In this document: positions 38,580-52,500 of the stretch, one piece after another
Layout: the number at the start of each line of letters is the position of its first letter
How positions within the stretch are numbered: position 1 is the first letter of the stretch
DNA from: Takakia lepidozioides
Lineage: Eukaryota > Plantae > Bryophyta
Reading direction: 5' to 3'
DNA: 64,000 nucleotides
Assembly (NCBI GenBank): GCA_030704615.1
Contig: CM060734.1
Span: 13,454,001 to 13,518,000, forward strand
Position numbers and translations under genes: made by a program
Notes under the pieces: generated by a model
What the model saw: the letters and a program-made list of their open reading frames with translations, nothing else
The model's database searches: none
What the model was told of the DNA's origin: nothing

Positions 38580-39150
38580 CGCTACGCGCACCCCAATATA
38601 TATTTGGGAGCTCGAACCGACGCCCAGGGAGTCGCTGGTAGCACCCCACACAAACATGAAAATTTTTTTTTTGAAAAAAACACACACACACACACAACAA
38701 CAGTCTCCCTAGGGGGCGCTGTTAAACAGCGTCGGGTAATTAGCGTAGGGACGTGTACCGACCCCCAGGGAGGTGCTGATAGCACCCCAAAAATATTTTG
38801 CAAAAATACTCACAGCGACCCCCCATGGGTCGCTGTTAAGCAGCGTCGGGTTATTGTTAGGAAGATGAAGCGACCCCCAGGAAGGCGCTGATAGCACCAC
38901 CAAAAATATGGACAAAAAAATCTGACAGCGACGGCGTAGGTGTCGCTGTTAACAGCGTCGGGTTATTGTTAGGAAGTTGAAGCGACCCCCAGGAAGGCGC
39001 TGATAGCACCCCCAAAAATATGGACAAAAAAATCTGACAGCGACGGCCTAGGGGTCGCTGTTAACAGCGTCGGGTTATTGTTTAGGGACTTGAAGCGAGC
39101 TCAGGGAAGGCGCTGATAGTAGTAGCGACCCCCAGGGAGTCACTAATAGA
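38580..39150. repeat. ~112-bp tandem repeats with AGCGAC...GTCGCT hairpins, probably CACTA subterminal repeats
   Basis: Units at ~38700, 38813, 38926 and 39038; inverted AGCGAC/GTCGCT motifs are typical of CACTA ends; no CACTA TIR found. Confidence 0.7.
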
Positions 39151-39919
39151 ACCATTTTTTATTAAATCGATTTTTAATGAATTTTAAATAAGTATTATGA
39201 TTTAGAATATCTAGGATTGCGGATTTGAGGGGCGTAATGATTTTATTTTTGGCTCTATTTTGTTCTTTGAATTCAGACTTTGGACTACTACATCCATGCA
39301 AAAGATTGGACCAAAAACAAATGAAAAAAAATAAAAAAAATAAAAAATAAATCTTGGGTCACTATTGCAGAACTCTCTAGGAAGAGTGCATGAAGTTGAA
39401 GAAAACTTAATCTTGAAGTGCAAATGAGGGAAGAAAATATGGTTTTGGGTCCAGATGATTTTTTTTTGCTACGAAATTTTGCACACGCTGTCATTAAGCA
39501 TATGGCTGGAGAATGGAACCAAAAAAAAATCATATGCAGGCGAAACACAGTTTTCCGTCTATACGACACGTAGTTACGTTCATCACTTGAATGACGCATT
39601 GAATGAACTTGGTTCAAGCTCATCTTTGGTCCACATGTGCTTAAGTATGTTCAGTTCACCAATGCAAAGTCGCAAAAGATGAGCATCAAGAAGAAATATT
39701 CACATCAATCGGTTAATCAAATGTATCCAAAGTGCATCATGAGAATATCTACAATGCCCTTCTACGCGATCCCAGTCTCAAAGCAACCGTAGTTCTGTCA
39801 TACACATTCTACTACAATTTGCAACTGTTCTTGTCATATTGGCAAATTGTTGTACATCATAATGGGAGACATCCTCTTGGTTGGTCAATTTGGTTCCGAA
39901 GTAGTTGCCCCATTCGCCT

Positions 39920-42900
39920 TGTAACAATATGCCGCGTGGGTATGATAACGGCTATGCTACAAGGGATAGACAACGAGGGTCGCAACGGGACATACTGGGT
40001 AGTGATGGACGTACACTACCTGAGCCACAGGCAGAGACGGCTAAGTACGCGGTACTTAGCCAATGGCGGGACAAGGGTACATTACCACGAGAGCAGTAGT
40101 GGGTAGTGTAGTAACCGTGAGCCGTGAACCACGATATTACACGGTCACGTTAGCATCGGCTTTAACCAATAGAGGGAGTAGTGGACCGTTTACCACTATT
40201 GCTCACGACCACTACAACGAGCCACTTTTTAGCAAACCTTTTAGGTTGCGTAGGCAGTTAGGCAAATGGTCATTAACGACCGCAGGCTGTAACGGCTCTT
40301 TCGAGCATAGTATAAAAAGACTGCACGCAACTTAGAGTATGTGTAATATGAGTAGGAATATCAGTGATCAATGTGTACTTCTGTGATGTTGTGACGAACT
40401 CTGAAGTAAAGCCATGCTATTCGAAGTATCTCTGTGTAGAGTGAATGTGAGATGGAGAGAATGTGCATTATGAGAGAACGTGAAATGGTGAGAATGTGTA
40501 TCATCTCAGAATAGTTCTTGTTTTATCTTCACTACCATCTGCTTGTATGAACAGAGAGGCTTCAGTCTTTCCGACTAAGATCTTTTATGCTAAAGAGACT
40601 GTAGATTGGGCTTAATCAATAGGATTAAGCAGCCTGCAGGGATATGGCTTCATACGACGTTCATGGTTTAGCTGTCCTTAAAATGATTACTTCGTAATCG
40701 TTTCTGGAAGCATACTGTCGGACAACCTCTGTTGCATGTCTTAGGAAATGGGCAGTAGTGTTGATAGCATGTTTTGTCTAAGTCATAAACCAGCGGTTAA
40801 CATTTGGCGACCATACTGGGGACTAACGGTATGTAAAAGTACTCAAAGAAGGATGGTTACTCAGTGATTTCTTGAAATCACGACAGAACGAGTCAACAGA
40901 AGCAAAGGAATGGAAAACATTCTTGGGAAAATTTCATGGTTTACCAAAAGCAATACAACATAAAATCTTTCTTTCAGTCGCGAAAGAAGATGACAAATGG
41001 GGATTGAAGGGAGGAGTGATCAGTATTATACGAGCACCTTGGGAATGTAGGATTAGAAGTGAAGAGTGGTTGTCTCGTCTAGCTCTATTGATTACTCTAA
41101 TACCAATCAGAAAAGTTTGCTACACTAGTTATATTTTCAGAGAAGGATGTTCAAATTATGAATATTGTCACACGATCATAGAAGCAGTAGAGTACTAGAT
41201 ACCCAAAGACTTATTGCAAGTCAGATACACTGAAAAAGACAGATGGTATTATTGTGCCCATTAAGAGTTTGGTGATCAATCAGTAAAAAGGAAAATTAAG
41301 CCGTAATACGGATTCTTGCAAGATAGGATAAATCTTGAAGAAAGGGTAGAGACACTATAAATTTTCTTTACTGACATACCAAGACTGTTTAAAGGGTACC
41401 GAAAGGAATTCTACATATGATGTGGGAATGAATGCGGAAATTAAGAAAAAGCTAAACAAGACAGAGCTGAACGAATAGAGAAATATGCTGTAGAAAGGGA
41501 GGCTCGGTTAAGAGAAGAATTTCTAGAATTACTGAACTTGAAAATTATTCAAGGTGAGACATCAAACAGTAATAAACCAAAAGATCAGGAAATCGGATCG
41601 GTGGGAAGTGGGAACACTACACCAGAAGAAGTTGCCAGTAATGTACTTGGTGAATGGTTACCACAAGAAAGATCTGAAGGACCTTCTACAGTAACAAGCC
41701 CAAATCGAGGTTTTGCTGAAATATTAGAAGAAAGATTTGAGAACATTTTGAGTGAAGAAGGTGAAAGAAGTGAAAGCACTTCTCCAGAAAGGATAACCAG
41801 AACTGCACTCAAAGCTTTTAAAGATTCATTAAGCTTAGTAGGGACAGCAGCTGGAAGACGACTATCATTGGGACAAGGACCTCCTAGCTTTGAATCACTA
41901 TTTGGAAGACAAACACCAACACCACCACAGCCAGCAGCAGCGGGACCATTCCAGTTTGGACAACCAGTTGCACCAACAGCACCAATGGCTTTAGCAGCAA
42001 GCAAAACCAGACTGTCGTTTCCTTTATATGATGGGAAATCTGATCTGGATATCCATCTTTATCAATTTGAGAACATGTGCACCATTTACAATGAAGCAAC
42101 AGACCAGGAAAAGATCCGATTATTTCCTTGTTCAATGGCCAGAAAAGGCATTGAATGGTTGGCAACCTTTCCAGCCAATCACTTTGCAGATTGGGCGGAT
42201 ATGAGAGCCGCATTTCAAGAACGATATAGATCCAACAAATCCACGTCTGAAATCTTCACAGGATTACAGAACCTGAGACAGAAAAAGAAAAAATTGGTAG
42301 TCGACTACCTGGAGAGAATGAAGACTCTGATCAGGAAGCTACCTCAAGCACCAGGTGATGACTTGCAAAAATCATGGTTCATCAACGGACTTCGTCCTGA
42401 ATATGTAACCATGGTTACAGTCATGCCTAACAACACTTTGGCTGAAGCAGTAGGAACTGCAAAGAATTTGGAATTGGGATTTCATCAGAGCAGAAAGAAA
42501 GATTCCAAGGATCCCTTGGAAGAAGAAGACTCAAATGATGAAGAAAAGCCCAAGCAAAAGAAGAAAGAAGTGATTGACAAAACCGCTTTGGATCAGAAGA
42601 TAGCAGAGGCTATCAAGAATTTTAAAGATGAAGGGCCACGAAAGGCAACATGGTGTCACAAATGCGGGACTGCAGGACACCTGGCAACGGAATGCCATAT
42701 GAAGGACAAAATTGTGATATTTGTCATATGAACAATCATAATACCAGCCATTGTATTTACAACCAACGGGCTAAGAAGACTGGGTACACACGAGAGGTGG
42801 GGGTACACCAAGTCCAAATCCGACGGGGAAGATCGGACGAACCAAGACGATACAATATGGGTAATCGTTATCAGAGGTCACGAAATGAATATCCACCAAG

Positions 42901-45900
42901 GGATAGGGAACATCAACCCAGAAACAAAGAAAGCACAAGATGCCACTATTGTAAGAAAGAGGGACACTGGAAACATGAATGCCAGTTGCGAATCAAGCAT
43001 GAGGCAGAAGTGGGAAACATGGAAGCCGGACCAAGTGTAGCCGTAAGTGTGGTAACCCCTGTAGTGGATACCCTTGCAGTAACCCGAACTAAGGCCAAAC
43101 CTCCAGATAAGGAGATTGAAGAAGAACGGAAACAATATCCAGAAAGTGCAGCATGGCAAGAGGAAAAGAGCTTACACCAGGAAGTAAGTAAAGCCATAGC
43201 TCAAATGCAAGAGGGAACCCATATACCTTCTGGAGAGCCAACTCCAGATAAGCAAATCAGACCAACGGTGAAGACCATGAATACAACCACGGAAACAGAA
43301 TTGGCTGAAGTAATCTGCCAGACCAAGACCCAAATTACCATTGGACAATTATTAAAAATTGCCCCACATTGCAAGAAAACTTTATTTCGGGCAATTGAGG
43401 CATTGACCCCCACACAAAAGCAAACACCAACACCAGAGGTTTACACGATTAAACCCACAACTATAAGACAAACTCCAGATTACGACGAAGCAATACCTGT
43501 AATACAAGTACGTATTGGACGGAAGATGGTAACGAATGTACTCATCAATGGAGGATCCGGAGTGAATATCATGACAGAAAAGATGAAGAAGTCAGTAGGA
43601 TTGGGGCACATGGAACCTGTTCCATTCACGGTACGAATGGCTGATCAACGAAAAGTACAACCATTGGGGAGCATCAGACGACTTGCAATGGAAGTAGCAG
43701 GACTGGTATACAAAATATCAGTAACCATTCTTAGAATGGAGGATGTGGCAGATGGATATTCACTACTACTTGGCCGACCATGGTTAACACAAGCCCAATC
43801 ACACCACGATTGGGGAAGTCAAACTCTCACAATCAAAAAGGGAGCAGAACAAGTCACCATCACGACAAAGCAACGAGGTACCATTCCACGAGAGAAACGA
43901 CCTTGCATAGTGGAAGAATATGATTGGTCCAGTGGACTGTCGGATGAAGAAGAAGCCACAGTATACGCAGCACACCCACAGTTGGAACCTATTGGACAAC
44001 TGGTGGTCAAGCATACCACAACAGTAGGATGTCACATGGTGAACACCCAAGGAGAACCAAATACTTCGAGAACTGAAGATCCAGAGGAAGAAGCAATGGA
44101 CACACCTCAACACCCGGCCCGGTTCTATCAAGAAAGGGAAGAAGACATTCAAATCAGTGAAGTACCTGCCACAATTGCAACCATCGGACAAGAGATTGCA
44201 GGATGGACAGTAACGGAAGAAACTCAATTGATTCAAGTGAATCTGGGAACAGTGGAAGAACCACAGATAATACGAGTAAGTGCAGGTCTTGAAGAATCAT
44301 TTCTATAATAAGCCACCGCATTATTCACTGAATACAAGGATGTATTTGCCTGGAACTACAAATTTGAAGGGTATACCTTCTAACATCTGTCAGCACCGAA
44401 TTGAATTGGAAGTTGACACAAAACCAATTCGTCAGAACCGTTACAGAATGAACCCCAACTATGCAGCTAAAGTTTGGGAAGAAATCAAGAAGTTACTGGA
44501 TGCAAGATTCAGTAGAGACACCACAATGGTTATCGCCCATTGTGAAAGTACCCAAGAAAAATGGAAAACTACGAGTGTGTGTGGACTACCGCAAGTTAAA
44601 CGCAGGAACCAAGAAAGACCATTTTCCACTACCTTTCACTGAAATAGTGTTGGACACAGTGGCTGGACATGAGATGTACTCATTCATGGATGGGTTTAGT
44701 GGGTATAACCAGGTACAGATGGCAGAAGAAGACCGAGAAAAGACCGCATTCATCACTAAATGGGGAGCCTATGCTTACAAAGTCATGCCATTTGGACTTT
44801 GCAATGCACCAGCCACATTTCAACAAGCAGTATCTGAGATATTCAAGAACTATCTATTGATTTTATACAGGTATTTTTGGATGATTTCAGTGTCTTTGGA
44901 CAGAAATCCAAACATTTGGCACAGTTAAAACTTTGCCTACAAGCCTGCAGAAACAATGGAGTAAGTCTCAACCCGGAAAAATGTACATTTTGTGTGAATT
45001 CAGGATTATTATTGGGACACATTGTGTGCCAACAGGGAATTCTAGTAGATCCAAAGAAAGTGGAGATTATCCAGAAAATACCACCACCAGAAAATCCCAA
45101 GAAACTCAAGAGATTTTTGGGACAGACGAGCTATTACAGAAGGTACATGGACAAATATGCTCACAGAGCCGCACCAGTCTATAGACTACTGAAGCAAGAT
45201 GCCGAATATCGATGGTCTCCAGCTTGTCTGGAATCATTTGATTCACTAAAAAGGGCACTCACAGCAGCACCAATTCTGATAAATCCAAGATGGGATTTAC
45301 CATTTCATGTACACAGTGATGCATCAGGCATTGCTTTGGGAGCGGTTCTAGCTCAAAATGTGAAAGGCACAATAGATTCACCAATCTATTATGCAAGCAG
45401 ATTGTTGACAACAGTAGAAAAGAATTATAGCACCACAGAAAGGGAGGCATTGGCAATGATTTATGTTGTTCAAAAATTTCGGCATTATTTACTTGGCAAT
45501 CGCTTTAAGTTTATTGTTGATCATCAGGCTCTAGTTCATTTAGCAAATCGACCACTAGCTAGTGGCAGGGTTGCTCGATGGTTATTACTTCTTCATGAGT
45601 ATGACTTTGAAGTTGTTCATAAACCAAGAAGATTACATGTTACAGCAGATCATCTGTCAAGAATTACTACAGGAGAACCAGCCACGGGGGTAGAGGATCA
45701 ACTCCCCGATGCATTTCTGTTTACTGTTCAACCAGAAGCACCAGATGAAGAGACAGATCCTATAAATGCTCTGGGAATGTTTCAAGGAGACTATGACCTT
45801 CCAGATGCTCTCAAACTCATGGACAACACGGATGAAGAAGAAGATTCATCCGATGAAGATGAACCTCTTGATGAAGGACTTATTATTGAAGAAGAGCCAG

Positions 45901-48900
45901 ATCCACAAAAAGAAGATGACAAGGAAAACGAAGAAACAGACAATCAAGAATTGGCCAATATCAGTATTGGAGCTTATACAGTCACCAAAGAAGAAGCAGA
46001 AGATATTCAAGATCAAGATCAAGATGATTGGCAATGGCCAATCAAATACTATCTGAACACAGGGAAATTTCCTGAAGGTTACACCAAAGATGACAGGAGG
46101 AAGCTTTCAATGAAGCAAGCCATACACATTAATCAAAGGGATTTTGTACAAAAGAGGAATTGACTCCATAATGAGAAGATGTGTAAACAAAGACCAAGCC
46201 AAAACAATAATGCAAGAACTACATGAAAGAATTGCAGGTGGACACTTCAGTTCGGACTTGACAGCAAAGAAAATATTACTAGCAGGCTACTGGTGGCCTA
46301 CTATATTTGGAGATACTTATGAACACTGTCAACAGTGTGATGTCTGCCAGAGGATGGGACCAGTAGAACGAACGGGGAAGGGGACTCTACACCCAATACT
46401 ACCAACAGAACCATTTCAGCGCTGGGGACTAGACTTCGTGGGACCCATTAAAACTCCAGCAAGGTACACACAAAAACCAATACATCCTCACAGCCACTGA
46501 CTACACTACCAAATGGGTAGAGGCCAAGGCACTAAGAGACAACACTGCTAGATCAACAGCCAAATTCTTATATGAAACATCATCACACGATTTGGTTGTC
46601 CACTGGAATTCGTCAGTGATCAGGGATCACACTTCATAAATGATGCTATAAAATGCTTGACGGACAAGAGTACTGCTTACTATCCTGAAGGAAACGGTCA
46701 GGCCGAATCTACCAACAAAATATTATGCACTATCTTAACCAAGATAGTAAATGCCAATCGTACATATTGGGACACCAAATTGAACACAACACTATGGGCA
46801 TTCAGGACATCATACATGCTACGAACTGGAACTCATGAACAATGGGGTTTAGAAGAATCATTACGAGTCAGGGAATATGAATTATTCCATCTGGAAGAAG
46901 TTCGAGCAGATGCCGCAGATAATATGGCACGGATTCAGGAACAACGAAGGAAAAAAATATCTGAAGGGAAAGAGAAATCTTTCCAGGACGGGGATATTGT
47001 ATTATGGTTACCAAAAATCAAGAAGATCAAACTGGGCGGAAAATTGAAAATGCCATGGATGGGACCATTTCAAATCAAAAGGGTACATGACAATGGAACT
47101 GTTGATTTGCAAACCTTGGAACAAGAATTCGTGGGACGAATTAATATTAACAAGTTAAAAGGCTACCAGGGAATACATGACAAAGCCCTTATACATGATT
47201 TATACGCCAACGAGGAAGATCAAACTGAAGATGAGGAGCGCGAAACCACCAATGCCTACTACATTCATCACGACACGGTGAATTAGCATGTACTAAGACA
47301 GGTGGCAACACGAATTCAGGGCACCACGACAGTTAGACCACCATTTATCTGGAGGACAACATTACCACCCCGTATACCGTATGGTGAATCGTGGCCAGCA
47401 CAGATGCCTTACAGAACAGTGAACGAATACAAAACGGCCAACGAGTCACTGCTTGTGTTAAACTCCGAGATGTACGCTCCAGATCACCCCACCGACAGTG
47501 GTAATCATACACCATTACCCTTCGATCATAACACAGAGGCAGAACGACGGCGCAATCCAATGGACTGCCAAAAGACGACGGATGATAAGGGCAAAGCCAT
47601 TAAACCAAGCTGCAGGTACTGCGCCAACGCCGCCCATCTAAAAACGGACCACATACCAAAGTGGATGAACACAACTCAGAGGGATGAACATAAACTGACC
47701 GAAACTGGACAATCATGAACGACCATCAGTTTTAAACAAAACAAATCATGAAGAAAAAACCAACGGAAGAAAATCAAGCACAAGAGGGATGAAGTTTTCT
47801 CAAAACCGTTACCTGAGGCTAAATGCTTCTTGGTAAGCCTAGGCCCAGCAATTAGAGCTAACCACGCTTTAAACCTAGGCAACCAGCAGGACAGAATTAC
47901 CTCCACGAAAACCTCGAGAGAAGTTAGAGGAGAAACCTACAGAGAGGAACCCCTACTTAAACCCAGGAGCGAACTCCTCACCTTCTCTTCCGCAAACTGG
48001 AAATTACTGTATACACAACTTCCAGTGTGCTTCATACTTCTTGTGACACGAGAATTGGTGCTCCAATTCCTTACAGCAACCGCGAGACTAAGAGAAATGG
48101 CAGGCACCAAGCGGAAGGCACCAAGTTCTTATGCACAAGTCAATTTCAAAATCAGCCCAGCGTTGCGAAAGATTGAGCAGGACAGGCAATGAACAAGAAT
48201 GGAAGCAGCAGCTGGAGAAGCTGACACTGCAAGCAGGGTTGGATGCAGCAGACGCAGCCTTAGCCAGAGCTTGGTTGAATGAAGGGAGTGAATTGGAGAT
48301 GAAGAAACTCAACAGGGAAATGGTGAGGTAGATGAAGTGCCAATTGGCGAAATTGGTGACAGACATTCATGAGGAGTTCCTGCCACCAATTCCAGAACAA
48401 GAGGAACTCATGGACGAAGAGGATTAAGAGGAGCAAGATCACGAACGGGAGACACCAATACAATCAACAACAACAACACCAACACCAACACAAACACCAC
48501 TAGCAACACAACCACCATCAAACCAACAGACACTGGTACAGGCCACAGCAGGGCCATCTACTCAAGAGGTAAACCCTGTAACACTACCAAGTGTCCTGGT
48601 AGCATCAACTTCAGTAGCAGTGGATGATTTCCAAATCATGCCATGCAAGCAGGATGGGGAGTGATTAAAGTATTCAGAGGAATACTTTAAAATGATGGTA
48701 GTACCAGCCCACCAAATCCCAGAAATACTGGAGAAGGTTTTCAAAACCTTAACTCCCTGCAAATCATTGGGTCAATTGCATCTTCTCAATCAAACTCTTA
48801 TTCCTCTGAGATATAGGATGAGACCACTGGCTAAGGAGGAGACATGGTCAGGGGCAGAATTGGTTGAATTCTGCTGCCAAGCTCCTCTGAATGCAAGGAG

Positions 48901-49528
48901 CTGGTAGATTACATGTGGGCAGTGGGGCAATTGAAGATTAATCCTACCCCGGCAGTAACCATTATGATGGGATGCCCAAGTTTTTATATTGGCAATTACT
49001 TATACCGCATGTTCGTGACAATGAGGGGAAGTTGGCAGCACTATGAGAGTATTGAAAAAGATACTCACTGGGAGTTACCCAAATTCCAGCCACCAGAGAG
49101 AGTCACAAGCACTTCAGCATATATGAATAGGCCACTTTATGTTGAAGCATGGCACCAGGCGAAGGACCACTTTTCACCATTGGTATTGGACAGAGACCAC
49201 CCTTTTAGAGAAACAGGGGTCCAAGCTGTTAACTGGTTAATGGGCAGCAGGGCAACAAAACACATTATACCCTGGACCAAGGAGGAGCTGCAAACCTACC
49301 GCGAAACCTTGACCAACAAAATCGATATGGTACGTGGGGACGGGATAGCAGAACACCCTGATGAAGAAAGCTTACTCACGACAGATGCGTCGGACGTCGC
49401 GATTGGGGGTGTACTTATGCAAGATGGACGTCCAGTGGCTTACGAAAGTAACCTCTGCTGCATGTCTTAGGAAATGGGCAGTAGTGTTGATAGCCTGTTT
49501 TGTCTAAGTCATAAACCAGCGGTTAACA
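39920..49528 (+). mobile_element. Ty3/gypsy LTR retrotransposon (non-chromovirus type), degenerate
   Basis: 5' LTR 39920-40802 (TGTAACA...TTAACA) followed by PBS-like TGGCGACCATACTGGGGAC; gag-pro-RT-RH-INT order; the last ~78 bp of the LTR recur at 49450-49528. Confidence 0.92.
41538..47286 (+). pseudogene. gag-pol polyprotein (frameshifted)
   Basis: Gag with CCHC knuckles (CHKCGTAGHLATEC, CHYCKKEGHWKHEC), protease (LINGGSGVN, LLLGRPWL), RT (LRVCVDYRKLN, MPFGLCNAPATFQ, DDF), RNase H (DASGIALGAVL, YSTTEREALA), integrase (GHFS...YWWP...[25 protein letters not shown]). Confidence 0.93.
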
Positions 49529-49529
49529 G

Positions 49530-52500
49530 GGTACTACATCATGTCATCGGGAAGGACATCATCTTCCTCATCAAGCTCCAACTCATGTCTATTGTCCTCA
49601 TCAAAGTCACTATATTGACCTCTCTCAAGAGAGTCATGATCAGAAGCTGAATCATCATCCATATATTCATATGGCTCTTGCACGACCGGAGGGTCGATAG
49701 GAGGCGGCACAATAGGATCTTCCTCTTCTTATACATCCTCATTGTCATCGTCATCATCATCGTCATCCTCATCCTCATCGTTATCCTCATCGTCATCCTC
49801 GTCGTCGTCCTCCTCCTCCTCCGGCGTAATATCCGCATCAACCACTTGATCTCCTCCAACATTGTTCAAGGCAGTGTCTTCAATTGCCTCTATCCACGAA
49901 GCATCATCTCCCGCATCCGCATCCGCATCGGCCACCTCGGCCACCTCGTCCACCTCGGTCGCTTCAGCCACTTCAGCCTCATCACCACCCCAACGGTTTG
50001 ATCCCTCGCCATGGTAAATGCGTCTCCCTCTTGGCCTAGCATGCACTGCCACCTTCCAATTGCCCGATTTAGTCTTGTCTTTGGAAAAAAAGACTTGTTC
50101 CATGTCCTTCGGCCATGCAAATGGTTCATTGGAGATGCGTGTAGAGGGGTGATCCTGGAAGTGTTGACCCGCATGAAGCCACGCTCGTCAGGCAAGAGGG
50201 TTGCATTTGAGCCTGCAATATGGGGTTGGAACCACCTCCCCTTGAAAAGAATAGGGCGATGGTGATCATACTCGAGTTGCAAAATGGCATCAAGTTCCCC
50301 AATATATTCAAGCTTGCTTCTCTCGGGTCGAATGTCCCTTGGGCTTGACACGGAGTCTTGCCAATATGTTGCACACAAACCGGAGTCAAATGTGGTCTTC
50401 CGACGCATGTCAAGAGAACGGATGCGGAAATGACAACCATGAATCCAAATTGTGGAGAATGAAATGGCATATTGAGATGGCCCTCTCGCAAGCTCTTGCA
50501 CTAAAGGCGGCACCACCTCGCCCGCGGCCATCGCAGCCTCAACTCCACTCTGGAGCTAATGGCGAAATGGTCTCAATGGCTGCATCTCCGTGGGCAAATC
50601 ACGCGCCCCCGATGGGGCCGTGATCCTGGATCCGCGCCGTCCTCGTGAGGCTCGCAATTCCCTCGCGCGTGTGTGTCTCCAAATTGTACTTGCTTCCAAC
50701 CACCGTGCATTTTCATCCGCATGTCTTGCCTCCCACTCCACTATGCAAGGGGTGTTCTTCAATACAAAGTCATGTGCTTGCTCCACCTCGGTGTTCGATA
50801 GTTTCACCCTCCTTGATTTTTTGGGCAAAACCATGTCCTTGTTCCGCACATCATCCTCTTCCTTCCACATTGGAGGGGCCTCTTTGTCCACCCTTCTCAT
50901 GTACTCCGTACATACCACCATAGCCTCTTGCAATGTGTACCCCTCCGCCATGCTACCCTCGGGACGTGCCTTTTGCCGCACGTGTGCCTTGACCTTCTTC
51001 ATGTAACGCTATAGAAAGTACATCCACCGAGCATGGACCGGTCCGGCAATCTCCGCCTCTTCCACCAAGTGCACTACCAAATGCACTTGGATGTCAAAGA
51101 AATTAGGGGAAAGATGCATCTCCAACATACACAAGACCGTGGCCGCCTCCTCCTTCATTCGTGGAAAATCCGCCTCGTCCATCTCTATTGTGCAAAGCCA
51201 ACGGAATAAATCAGCAAGTTGACAGACGGCTTTTTGAATGCCCTCATGGAGTGTCCCTCGTATTGCAATGGGAAGGATGTCTTGCAAAATGTTGTGGTAG
51301 TCATGAGACTTCAAACCATGGATAGTGGTGGCATCCTCAAATTTGTTACGTAGAGATGCGCCATACTCGGTCGGGGTCCGGATAGCTCGTATTGTGGTCC
51401 GCACTTGCTTGTATTCCTCCTTTGTCCAAGTCCAAGTTGGCGCCCTATACTTCCACTTGGGAGCATTGTTCACGTCCACACCATCAGCTTCAGGCCATAG
51501 TCGTGGCATACGGTTTTGGGCTTGGAGCTCTCGCCTCACACCAAGGGAATCACCGCCGCGTTTCTTCTTCCCCCCGGTTAAGTTTGCCAGTACACGAATA
51601 AGTGATGAGCACACATTCTTCTCAATATGCATGGGATCAAGGAGGTGCCGGATTTTCAGATCCTGTGCATCATGAAATTTCCATATAATTTGTCATAAAC
51701 CCTGAACTCGGTGCAATTTCATATGAATATGTCATGACATTCAATGAAATATGTATGGTCCAATGCATTTTCGGACTTGTGCCTCCCAATAAGGCAACTC
51801 GTAGAAGATTGAGAGCCGGGACATGCCACACCTCTTGAGCCGGCGTTTTTTTATCTAGCACCTCTTGCCACCGGGCTTTCCAAAATGACCCAGGGGGACG
51901 CACGGGTGGAGGTCTCCTCTCCACGGTCCCATCAAATAATTTCTTGCCTCTCGTTCTCCATGGATGATTGAGAGGAAGAAAATTCTGGTAGTTGGGATAG
52001 ATCACTTTCGCGACGTTCTTCCTATGGACAATACATGACTATCCAGGTACATTTTAATTTGATATTACCTATAATATATATATTCTACCGTATATCATGT
52101 GTTTGTATGTGCTCGTCATGATTTTTCTTTAGCAATTCATGTTTTTGCTCGGTTCATTGAAATTATACGAGACGACGAATGTTAAATCCCAACTAAATTC
52201 ATGGTTTTGTGCAGGGCTTTCAGTTTGTTCGGGACTAAGCACAAAGGGGTACGCAGCATGTTCATGTTGTGGGCCGGATAACCTTGATGCAAAGCATTCA
52301 AAAAAGCCCTCGCAAGAGAAAAGAACGTTGGCCAGTGGGTGCCGATGCATCATAAGCTGGAACTCCATTCCATAATATATTGAGTTCGTCAACCAATGGA
52401 TGCAGATACACATCCATATTCGCAACTTGTTTTTTCCCTACAACACAAATTATTTGCAATATATATAAGATCGTTTCAAATTCAAACAGAACAAATGATA

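Noticed and set aside
49678-50001. Hydrophobic membrane-protein-like ORF (+)
   Set aside because: It is the antisense reading of the Asp/Glu trinucleotide-rich tail of the CACTA gene.
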